Notes under the pieces: model-generated
The model's input: only the letters and a program-made list of their open reading frames with translations
The model's database searches: none
Told to the model about the DNA's origin: nothing
Assembly (NCBI GenBank): GCA_030265395.1
Contig: JARFYF010000001.1
Span: 39,884,062 to 39,948,061, forward strand
Direction: 5' to 3'
DNA length: 64,000 nt
DNA from: Rhina ancylostomus
Taxonomy: Eukaryota
Part shown: positions 1 to 10,110 of the stretch, in pieces
Position numbering within the stretch: position 1 is the first letter of the stretch
Layout: each line of letters starts with the position of its first letter
Made by a program: the position numbers and the translations under genes

Positions 1-794
1 GCTGAAGACAGTTGAGTCTAGTTCTTGCAGTGATGTTCTGGGGTTGTAAAGTACCTTAGGACATCCAGAGAACATGAAAGGCATCTGATACAAGAGTTAT
101 TTGTCTCGTATAGAATGCCTTTCATAAGAGAGGAAGATTGCTATGTGAAAGGAATGAGGATTATTTTTCTCATATTATTTCCACACAGCAATCATTCCTC
201 TTTTGCTTCTCTTGCACAATCAACGAATAAATGATCTGAAACTGATTTGACTTGAAAGAAGCTTTTAAAGTAGTTTGCACTTTTTTAGAATACATCATTC
301 CATCACATGACCTAGTTTCAAAGCACCATGCTGCATTATTGTTGACTTTGTACACTCCCCACCCACTTTCCTTCCTCAACTAGATCACCTTTTTTTGCAG
401 TGTATCTGCCTGGGGGGGGGGGGGGCCCAGAAATGGTGCAAGCTTTTAAAATGAAGCCACTTTAGAAAGCATAGCTACTGAATTTTGGAATTAAGATGGT
501 TTGGGACGCTTTACAAGACACATCCATGTCTTGACTATTTTTTAAGTTCATCCTGTTTAAATCCAAAAAATCCACCGGTAAGGGCAGAAGCCTGCTCCCT
601 GATGTGAAAGTAGCCACAATGAACTCTCTCCCCTCAAATTTCCCTACCTCCTGCCAAGGACTCTATAGTCACTGCAGTAAGACAGAGATTGGGAATTCAC
701 TATTTGAAACTTCATGCAAATCTGTGAGCTAGAAATTCTTCTGCATGATTTTCATACATTGAAGAGCCACTATAAAGGGCCCGTGCCAGTTTGG

Positions 795-1535
795 TTCATG
801 AATCATAAGAAGTCAATAGGCAGGTGCAGCAAATAGTTAAGAGGGCAAATGGCACATTGACCTTTATTGCAAAGGGGTTGGAATTTAGAAGTAGGTAAGT
901 TTCAACTATTCTGTGAAATCATTGCCAATGAGGCATCTCAGCTAAGGGCAAAAGGAAATACATTCATTAACATGGAATACTTTCTTGTATTGCCTGATTT
1001 GGTTCAGGAGCTAGTAAAAGCTGCCAAACTCTATTTCTGAATTGAAGGCACCATTACCATTGTACAGGGTGTTGATGAACCACAAGCTGGAGTACTGTGC
1101 ATAGTTTTGGTACCCTTACCAAAAAAAAAGGATATAGTAGCATTGGAGTCAGTCCAAAAGAGATTCACCAGGGTAATTCTGGAATGAGAAGATTGCCCTA
1201 TTAAGAGGACCTGAACAGGTTGAGTCTGTATTCTTTGGAGGTCAGAGGAACAAAGGGTTACATTACTGAGAATAAAGATCCTAAGGGGGAATGACAGGGG
1301 AGATGTTGAAATATTTTCATTAGTGGGAGAGTCTTGAATGAGGGGACAAGGTTACAAGGGCCAGTCATTTCACTGAGTGTGATAAATCTCTATCCCAGAG
1401 GTTTGTGGAGTTCTTAAAAGGTGAAGGTGGATAAATTTTTGAAAGATCAGTGAATTGAGGGTGATGGGGAACTGGTACAGAAGAGGTTTTGAGACCAGTG
1501 TAGCTCAGCCTGTGTTCACAGGCCAAATGGATGCA
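795..1535 (+). mobile_element. CR1 LINE 3' fragment, interrupted by an insertion at ~897-1055
   Basis: Typical CR1 ORF2 3' text: caggtgcagcaaatagttaagagggcaaatgg, ctggagtactgtgcatagttttgg, agattcaccagg, and terminal ggccaaatgg. Confidence 0.8.
897..1055 (+). repeat. Direct repeat copy A (~160 bp), paralogous to 4046-4201
   Basis: 908-960 is identical to 4057-4109; the remainder aligns with scattered mismatches. Confidence 0.95.
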
Positions 1536-1781
1536 TTCAACTATATCTAAACAGAATACTATTAAACAAATTGTAGGCCAGTGTCTGTGCTCTGCAACAA
1601 AGATTTTAGCAAGGCTCCAAAGAGGTTCAATACTTTAGCCATTAGGAACAAAGATAGCTTACTTGCAATTTTTTTTAGGCAAAGATACTTGTGAAAATAT
1701 AAATCAAAAGCTAAAATTAACTATCTTCAAGAACTAGGTAGGATGACAGAAAATGAATCTTTTCAAAGTCTTGAAACATAC

Positions 1782-1858
1782 CCAATATAGTTTGTTCTAA
1801 GGGAAATCTCCAGTTCTCGCAGTACTTGAGTTGATTCCTGCACTCTTCTTCTGAACTT
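1782..1858 (-). CDS. FMNL2: Formin-like protein 2, exon equivalent to human exon 4 (77 nt, phase 0/2): [25 protein letters not shown](G)
   Basis: Minus strand reads ...aaatatttgcag|AAGTTCAGAAGA...TATATTGG|gtatgt. In frame with the preceding exon; peptide visible in ORF 1763..2095. Confidence 0.96.
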
Positions 1859-2549
1859 CTGCAAATATTTAATTGAAACCATCTTAAAGTCAAGGAAGAA
1901 CCATTGATTCGAAACTGAAACAGATAACGTACTATAGTTTGCTCTTTCATCAAAAACTATACGAGCCTTTATACACCACTGCAATACAGCTAGCATCAAT
2001 ACATTAAGGGGAAAGCCTGGCATTGAACATGAAAATAACAGTATGAAGTTATTACTAAGTAGAGCACACATGATCTTCTGTTCCTGTTCCCACACAAAGC
2101 CCTACACCACTGTGCCCATTTAATTTGATCTAAAGCTAAACTGAATCTTGTTTAATGACTTAAAATAAATAGAACACCAAAACCTTGCAGGATGCACAGA
2201 AACAGATGAATGCTACAAGTCATGCCAAGAACGAAGAAGGTTTTGCATTCTTTAAATGTCAGAAGAGAAAAGCAACATGGTACATATTTAGGAGGAGGAG
2301 GAGGAAGTTCCTGTGGAGAAACCTGATGGTCACCAGGACTAGTCTGAAAACAGCACCAATGTGTTATGTAAAATAACACTTTCCTTTTTCCACTTTGTTA
2401 TTGAGCTGCACAAGTTCTCGAGGTCAAAACAAAAAACTAAGCAACAGTTGTATTCTAAGTAAAATAAATAAATTGCAGGTTCAGAGGTAGAAAGTTGACC
2501 TCTGCTGTATGCATATTATTATGCTCAATATAATGATGACACAGTGGTC

Positions 2550-2922
2550 CAGTGCAGCCTCACTACTTCAGTGAGACCCGTCACAGAGTGAGGGATCACT
2601 TTGTCAAGCAGCTTCACTCTGTCCACCGTAACAGGCAGGCCGGTGCTCCCAGTGCAGCCTCCTCTACATCTGTGAGATTCGACGCAGATCAGAAAATCAC
2701 TTCGTCGAGCACCTTCGCTCCATCCGCTGCAACAGCCAGGATCCCCCTGTGGCCAGCCATTTTAATTCCACTTCCCATTGCCACACTGACATGTCAGTCC
2801 ACGGCCTCCTTACTGCTAAGTTGAGGCTAGACGCATAACAACACCTCATAATCCACCTTGGTAGTTTCCAACCTGACGGCATCAACATCGATTTCTCTCA
2901 CTTCCGGTACCCTCTCTCCCTG
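2550..2922 (+). mobile_element. Penelope-like retroelement, GIY-YIG endonuclease C-terminal fragment (two tandem partial copies), running into a gap
   Basis: Translates as YFSETRHRVRDHFVKQLHSV, then CSLLYICEIRRRSENHFVEHLRSIR...PVASHFNSTSHCHTDMSVHGLL...HLGSFQPDGINIDFSHFR, with frameshifts and stops. Confidence 0.8.
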
Positions 2923-4045
2923 NNNNNNNNNNNNNNNNNNNNNNNNNNNNNNNNNNNNNNNNNNNNNNNNNNNNNNNNNNNNNNNNNNNNNNNNNNNNNN
3001 NNNNNNNNNNNNNNNNNNNNNNNNNNNNNNNNNNNNNNNNNNNNNNNNNNNNNNNNNNNNNNNNNNNNNNNNNNNNNNNNNNNNNNNNNNNNNNNNNNNN
3101 NNNNNNNNNNNNNNNNNNNNNNNNNNNNNNNNNNNNNNNNNNNNNNNNNNNNNNNNNNNNNNNNNNNNNNNNNNNNNNNNNNNNNNNNNNNNNNNNNNNN
3201 NNNNNNNNNNNNNNNNNNNNNNNNNNNNNNNNNNNNNNNNNNNNNNNNNNNNNNNNNNNNNNNNNNNNNNNNNNNNNNNNNNNNNNNNNNNNNNNNNNNN
3301 NNNNNNNNNNNNNNNNNNNNNNNNNNNNNNNNNNNNNNNNNNNNNNNNNNNNNNNNNNNNNNNNNNNNNNNNNNNNNNNNNNNNNNNNNNNNNNNNNNNN
3401 NNNNNNNNNNNNNNNNNNNNNNNNNNNNNNNNNNNNNNNNNNNNNNNNNNNNNNNNNNNNNNNNNNNNNNNNNNNNNNNNNNNNNNNNNNNNNNNNNNNN
3501 NNNNNNNNNNNNNNNNNNNNNNNNNNNNNNNNNNNNNNNNNNNNNNNNNNNNNNNNNNNNNNNNNNNNNNNNNNNNNNNNNNNNNNNNNNNNNNNNNNNN
3601 NNNNNNNNNNNNNNNNNNNNNNNNNNNNNNNNNNNNNNNNNNNNNNNNNNNNNNNNNNNNNNNNNNNNNNNNNNNNNNNNNNNNNNNNNNNNNNNNNNNN
3701 NNNNNNNNNNNNNNNNNNNNNNNNNNNNNNGTATGGAGGGGAAAAAACACTTCAAATCATTCTCACTCATGGAACCATCTATTGTGCTTTGTATTTCCAT
3801 AAGGTACACTCATGGTGCTAACATTGTGTACAGCATTATCTACAATGGACAATCTGTGATTGCTCCTTCATGCACAGGGATCCTTTCAATAAAACTGCCT
3901 GTAAAATGTGTGGAATATATTAGACTTTTGCTAATGTTTACAATTCATACCATCTTCTGAAAAAAGTTTTACAGAACTAATTTTATGCAATTAAGTGAAA
4001 AAATAAAGGTGTTTTCTTCCTGGTTTCTGCATGTGTTCAACACTA

Positions 4046-4201
4046 AAGTTTCAGCCATTCTGTGAAATCATTGCCAATGAGGCATCTCAGCTAAGGGCAA
4101 AAGGAAATATATCAACATGCACTATTTTCGTGTCCCTGACTGATTAGATTTAGAAGCTAGTAAAACCAGCCAAGCTCTACTTCTGAATTGAAAGCACCAT
4201 T
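4046..4201 (+). repeat. Direct repeat copy B (~156 bp), paralogous to 897-1055
   Basis: Same alignment as copy A; this copy sits in apparently unique intron-3 sequence. Confidence 0.95.
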
Positions 4202-4440
4202 TGAAAACTCTAAGACACTTCAAAACATTCAAGCTGAAAGAAATAGTGTGTGCATTTCTCTCATTTTCCTGTGCTGCAAAACAAAACAGTTAACTGATAA
4301 AATTCACACAAGATACCTAACCTAACAAAATATATTTTTTTGCGTACATTACAAGAAAACACAAATTTGAACCAAGCAATCACTTGGAAGAGCTGAAGAA
4401 AGAAGCAACTCCAGTTACTTTCATTAAAAGTACTCTTTAC

Positions 4441-4521
4441 CTTTCTGGTCACAGCTGGATCAAGATAACCTTTCAATTTCAGAATATATGTGTGTGGAGG
4501 ATTTTTCACTTGAAATCTTTC
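4441..4521 (-). CDS. FMNL2: Formin-like protein 2, exon equivalent to human exon 3 (81 nt, phase 0/0): [27 protein letters not shown]
   Basis: Minus strand reads ...tttcattacag|GAAAGATTTCAA...ACCAGAAAG|gtaaag. [11 protein letters not shown] matches FMNL2 rather than FMNL3 (QSFLDPSVTRK) or FMNL1. Overlaps ORF 4261..4509. Confidence 0.96.
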
Positions 4522-4994
4522 CTGTAATGAAAGAAATATTCAAACCTTAGTTGGATGATTTGATTGCTGAAATCTGAAAGTCATTAAATTTTAAATACTT
4601 TTCATCTTTTGTTCCATTTTAATACACCTCTTGAATTCTCCTCTGCTTCCAATTCAAGAATTGAATTGCTACTTTTAACAGACAATTCATGCAATGCACA
4701 TCACTACGATGATCTCCAAAATACCAATATAATATTTCAATTTCCCAAATATCAGTTTAATTTACTCTCTCAGGAGGGAGCATTATCCAAATTTTTATTT
4801 TCACAACCCAACTTCCATTGATGGACTGTCCAAAGCTGGATAGCCTTTTAAGTACTTTTTTTATATTTGTTACACAACGAAAAAATAAACTTTAAATTTG
4901 AAATGTCTCACTGCCACAAGTCTTGGACTTTATCAGGGCCTTGTAGCTGGCTTATGATTACCTGGAACACATCAAATTCTTGTGAAACAAATCA

Positions 4995-5470
4995 TACAAA
5001 TTAGACCAATTAAGACTGCATCATTTTATAAAATCATGGTTGATCTGATTGTGAACTTAATTTTGTATTCCCACCTATCCCAGTAGCCTATCTCCTTTTG
5101 ACTTAAATATATTCAAGGTAATATATTTGAATTGTATCACCCTTTGAGGTAGAAAGTTCCAAAGACTTTCAAGCCTCTAAAAGAAAAACAATTAGCTCAT
5201 CTTGCTCTCAAATGGGAGATTGCTTATTCTTGAACAGTGACCCCCTAAGTTCTGGATCTTCCCCATAAGACTTCATCTCCACATCCACCCTCTCACAGTG
5301 TTATAGGTGTCAGTTAAGTTTCCTCTTATTTCTAAACGCCAGTGGCTACAAGCCTAGCTTGTCCATCCAAAGACAACCCACTCATTCCAGGTATCAGGGT
5401 AGCAAACCTCTGAAGTGCTTCCAATGCATTCACATCCTACTTTAAAAGGAGGCCAATACTAAACACAATA
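4995..5470 (-). mobile_element. CR1 LINE 3' fragment (decayed)
   Basis: Reverse-oriented CR1 3' motifs (agttccaaagac, gtgaccccctaagttctgg, gcttccaatgcattcacatcc). Confidence 0.65.
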
Positions 5471-5474
5471 GCTA

Positions 5475-6095
5475 GAACGAACTGCCATAGGTTCTCAGCG
5501 AGTCAGGCAGCATCTGTGAAGAGAAGTGGAGAGTCAACGTTTCCGATTGAGACCCTCCATCTGGATTGAAAACTGAAGATAGTATAAAGAGATGGGGTGG
5601 GAGGGAGGCGTACAAGAGCTGGCAAGCGGTAGGTGGATTCAAGTGGTGGAGGAATGGAGTGGAGATAGCAACGGAGGCTGGGAGGGTTATGGAATCTGGT
5701 AAAAAAAGAAAGGTGAAGAGAGGAACCAAATAAGGGAGGAAAGGTGGGCATATAGAATAGTGGGGGGAAAGGGGAGCAGACCAGTGGGAGGAGTGCATGG
5801 GTGATGGGCAGTTAGGATAGGTGGAGGAGGCCTAAGGCCTTCCTCTTAAGGAATGGAAGGACATAGGGACTGGACGTCCATGGTGAAGATTAAGTGGTAA
5901 GGGCCAGGGAATTGGAAGTTGTTAAAATGGTGGAGAGCATGCGAGTTGTCTCAGATGTAGGTGGGAAGGGACTGGACAAGGGGGTCAAGGTATGAGGTGG
6001 TGAATTCGGAAGGGGCAAGAGCAGGCAGAAACAGTGGGCCTACCACAGCAGTCCTGTTTGTGAATTTGGAGGAGGAGATAAAAACGGGCAAACTG
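5475..6095 (-). mobile_element. Penelope-like element: RT fragment fused to its 3' UTR/end (internally deleted)
   Basis: 5830-6090 minus translates ARFYLLLQIHKQDCCGRPTVSACSCP...YHLIFTMDVQSLCPSIP*EEGLR. 5490-5580 is the typical end motif (ctcagcgagtcaggcagcatctgtg...caacgtttc). Confidence 0.85.
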
Positions 6096-6289
6096 TTCAC
6101 TGGGGTCAGCAGCTGTGTGGCGCCACACAATGAAGTTCACAATTTGTCACCTCCGAAGTTTGGAAATTGAACTGCAAAGTTTAGAAGCTTAGTTCCAGTG
6201 TTTAGACAGTTAGCTGCCAACCTTCCTTAGATTCTAGCAGCTATGAATAGATTTTTTCAAAGAGTCATTCTTGCTATTATTCTTTTTAA

Positions 6290-6440
6290 TGGAACCTTCC
6301 CCAAAATACAGAGTATGATTAAGTATTAAAACCAATGCATTAACTACCTCTTTGGCCATTTCTTTCAAGACCCCAGGATGAAGTCCATCAGGACCTGGGA
6401 ACTTGTCAGCACACAGCTCCAACAATTTGCTCTGCAACAC
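6290..6440 (-). mobile_element. CR1 ORF2 fragment
   Basis: ORF 6234..6440 contains DKFPGPDGLHPGVLKEMAKEVVNALVLI, the conserved pre-RT KSPGPDG motif. Confidence 0.8.
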
Positions 6441-7229
6441 TTCTCTGCTGTACTGTCCTCAGGTGAGGGATTAGTGGGGAGCTGTTGAAGATGGCTCAGC
6501 AAAGAAGCCTTGGGCCAAGTGTAAGCAATCAGGACTTAAAGTAATGCTGAATTTTCCCCTCCAATCCAAAGCCAAAGCCAAAGAAGTGAATTGTAAATAC
6601 TGTAGTACCAGCAACTCAGCAGAAAGATCTGGGGTTTTCTGGACGATAAGGGTTAGCTGGTTGTTGGACACAAACCACTGGAGAAAGCAGATTCTGATTT
6701 AGTGTCTGAGAAATCCCCGCAGTACAATTACTGACCAAATAACTTCTGTGTCATAAATAATCCCTATAATTTTGCATTCCGATCCATGAGGCATATCTGC
6801 AGTTCATTCATGTGCAGCCAAAGCTCTTAATAAATCAGTTTGTGTAAAAAGTTGATTTATGATGTAAAGGTCACGAGTCCAAGATACCAGAAGTGACAAA
6901 ATGCCTGGGACCTGTTTCCTACCCGCTTCCATACTTAACCTGAGTGCGTCAGGCTGCACGAGAGTCAATGATGAGGTGGCTGAGCATGAGTGATGGTAAG
7001 AGGAGTTTAGGCTTTCAACCACGGGTGAATGGTTACCTCGAGCTTCCTTGACTTTGCCAATAGAAGCAGCAGTGGAGGGGTGTCAGTGTGCACAGTAGCC
7101 ACACAGCCTTTTCTTTTGGGTGACTCTCCGAAAAGGTCAGTTCATAGATGCGGGAATCTAAGAAAAGTTTGCAACTAACTTTCTAAACACTGGGACCAGT
7201 TCAGTTTCCAAACTTCAGAGGTGACAATG

Positions 7230-8180
7230 GGCGAACTTCACCATGCAGCACTCCACAGCCACCGACCCCAGTTACCAGCAGAGGGCCCAGCAGGACCACC
7301 AGGCTGCCTCTCACATACCTGCAGCCACAGGGACATCAGCAGAGAGGGGCAGATCGAGGGAGGCAATGACCCTCACGTGGTGTGCTGGTTACCTTCCCTG
7401 TCACGTCTGAACCACTGTCACAAGGTCTCGTGAGAGGTTGTGATAGAAACTTGCAGTTAACTAGAAAAAGACCTGCTGCCAGTTGTAACTAGGGACTACA
7501 GTTTATCAGTGCCCTCAACTTTTTTTTACCTCCAGGTTATTCTGGGACTCTGCTGGAGACTTATGCAGTTGGCAGTATGTAAATGAATAAAGTAGGAAGC
7601 TGATAACCTACTTGCCAAAGCCATTGGTTATAAAATATTTGCCTGCAATGAAACCACTTAGAATAAGAACTCAGGTCTGTGCCTCTGAATTCTTCACTTC
7701 AGATGTAGGGTGCCACTGACTGCACTCACAGCAATCAGGGCTCCCTCCATGTCACCTAGAAGTATTCAATAACCCCTAGGGCTTTCACCCATCGAGGTGC
7801 ATTGCTTGCAACTACAAAAAAAATCCTCTAATGAGTATACACAAGGTTCCTGCACAGCTGCCCAGATGGTTCCTGCAGCAATTCATCTCTCATGACCTTT
7901 TCGTATCTGTCAGACCTAGTGGCTGGCTGCTTAATCCATAATTAATGGCACCTGTGAAGAACTTGAGGAATGAAGCCCAGGAATAGTAACCAGTCCAACA
8001 GAGCAAGCCACTGGCATGCTGAAGAACAACTTCAGGACCCTGACCAATCCACAGATGCCCTTTAAAATGCATCCAAGGGGTCTTCAGAACAGCAGTGGCA
8101 TGCTGCATTCTTCACAATGTTGCACAGCCGTGAAGAGTCAAACCAGTGTGCAGTCATTTCAGAAGCCAAGACAGAGAATG
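7230..8180 (+). mobile_element. PIF/Harbinger (HARBI1-like) DDE transposase fossil
   Basis: Collinear frameshifted motifs: ALNFFTSRLFWDSAGDLC (~7510), GATDCTH..AIRAP (~7710), FNNP*GFH, GWLL..LMAPVKN (~7920), TEQATGMLKNNFRTL (~8000), AVACCILHNVAQ (~8095). Confidence 0.8.
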
Positions 8181-8559
8181 CAGCTGATCCAGACAACACA
8201 ACAGAAATGATGCATGCTGCTGCCTGGCATACCGTTAGTAATTGCCAGGTTCACTAATGCTCCATCTGACCTCTAATTCAATACCCAGAACCAAACTGTG
8301 TCTCAGTAAAAACAATCCTCCTGCTCAAATGTTCCAACATTTTAGGTCTTGAAACTCACATTGATGGAACAATGAAAATAACAAGAATCTGAAACTGAAT
8401 TACCATGCATGTTTACAACCATCACCATTAACGCCCCACATTTTTTTTGAAAGAGAATAAACTCTATAACTTAAAGGACAATAAAGCTGGAAATGTGACA
8501 TCAATATAAATGACCAGACTGTGCTGTTGCTCAAATAAAAATAAAATGATGATTGATGT

Positions 8560-10110
8560 ATCCACTGGAGGGTGAACAGCTTAGAAATATAAAGAGCAGG
8601 AAACTGGTGGAAAAAAAAGAAAGCAATATGAAATAGCTATTTCAACTCAGAGAGAATTGAAGGGCAGCGAGATCTGGGGAGAGGTACAAAATCTTTAAAT
8701 ATGGCATGGCAAGATGAGGAAGCTCCAAAAAAGCATAAAGGATGCTCAGATTTATTAAGTGTAAAAAAAATTCAATGTTATACTAAATTATAACTAACCA
8801 TTTTGTTAAAATAATGATTGGACAGCTGGAGTACAGTGTTTAATGCTGGGCATCAAACTTTATGAAGACTTCTGAGGCTACAGAAAAGATGCAAAGGCCA
8901 GTTCCTAGAAGGCCTAGTGTCCGTATGAGTATAGCTTGACTACTGGGGATGTTGGCAATGTGAAAGGTACCATTCGGGAGCCCAGAGGGGTGTATGTAGA
9001 CTTTCAGAGCAATATATGTGTGTGTATGTGTAGGATAGCTCACATTCTTTTATTTAAAGTGAGCAGTAGGGATAAGCCAATTAAATGCAGGCCAGTCAGC
9101 CTTATGTTAGTGGTAAGTAAATTATTGGAGGAAGTACTAAGGGACAGGATTTACATAAATTTGTAAAGGCAGAAAACTAATTAGGGATAGTCTGCATGAT
9201 TTTGTGTGGGGAAATCCTAATTTGATTGAGTTATTTGAAGATATAAAAAAAGGAAATTGAAGGCAGAGCAGCAAGTGCTGTCCATATGGACTTTGGTAAG
9301 GAATTTGGCATGGCAGACTGATCCAGAAGGTTAAGGCACATGGCAGGTTCCTTGCGAGGTGCTGCATATTGGGAAGTGTAATGGGGGTAGGACATGTACA
9401 GTAAATGGTAGGGCACTGAGGAATGTTGTTGAACAGAGAGACCGAGGGATCCAAACCCACAGTTCCCTGAAAGTGGCAATGCAGGTCGAAACGACAGCAA
9501 GGGCAGTATGGTCAGGGGGTGAAATGTAAGAATTGCAACCTTACAAAACATTGATTAGGTCACACTCAGAGTATTTGTGCACTTCTGATTGCTACTCTAG
9601 AGCAAGGATGTGATCACACAGGAGAGAGTGCAGAGGAGATTCACCAGAAGGTTGCCTGGATTAGAGGACACGTTATGGGAAGATACTGGATAGGCTGGAC
9701 TTGTTTTCACTGGAGGAAGGAGGCTGAGGGGTGACCTGATAAAATACAAAATTCTTTGAGGCATAGATAGGATAGATAGTCAAAATCTGTTACACATGGT
9801 GGGATATCAAAAATAATAGGGCATAGGTTTAAGGTAGGAGGAAGAAACTTCAAAGGGATTCTGAGGGTTTTTTTCATATATGCATAGAGAGTGGTTGATG
9901 TCTGAAACGTACCACCCGAGGTGGTGGTGGAGTCAGATATATTCGCTATATTTAAGAGGCATTTAGACAGACACTCAAATTGGCAAAACATAGAAGGATA
10001 TGGTCCTAATGTGGGCAAATGGAATTAGTATAGATGAATAAAATGGTTAGCATAACTCGATGGGCCGAAGGGCCCATTTCTGTGCTGTACAACTTTATGA
10101 CCATGACTCC
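8560..10110 (+). mobile_element. CR1 LINE fragments (older piece ~8560-8935; ORF2-to-3' end with deletions ~9060-10110)
   Basis: RDKPIKCRPVSLMLVVSKLLEEVLRDRIY (NYRPVSL motif), and 3' end gggccgaagggcccatttctgtgctgtac...tatgaccatgact. Confidence 0.85.

Noticed and set aside
412-425. G14 homopolymer
   Set aside because: Simple run of uncertain length in a draft assembly; no supporting context.
2827-3809. Long ORFs of 200-314 aa here and at 16199-16876, 25285-26055 and 56774-57292
   Set aside because: They consist almost entirely of N-gap (X) residues.
7030-7140. Minus-strand donor-like GAG|gtaacc as a cassette exon in intron 2
   Set aside because: No convincing acceptor or formin-like peptide, and it lies within the probable Harbinger remnant.
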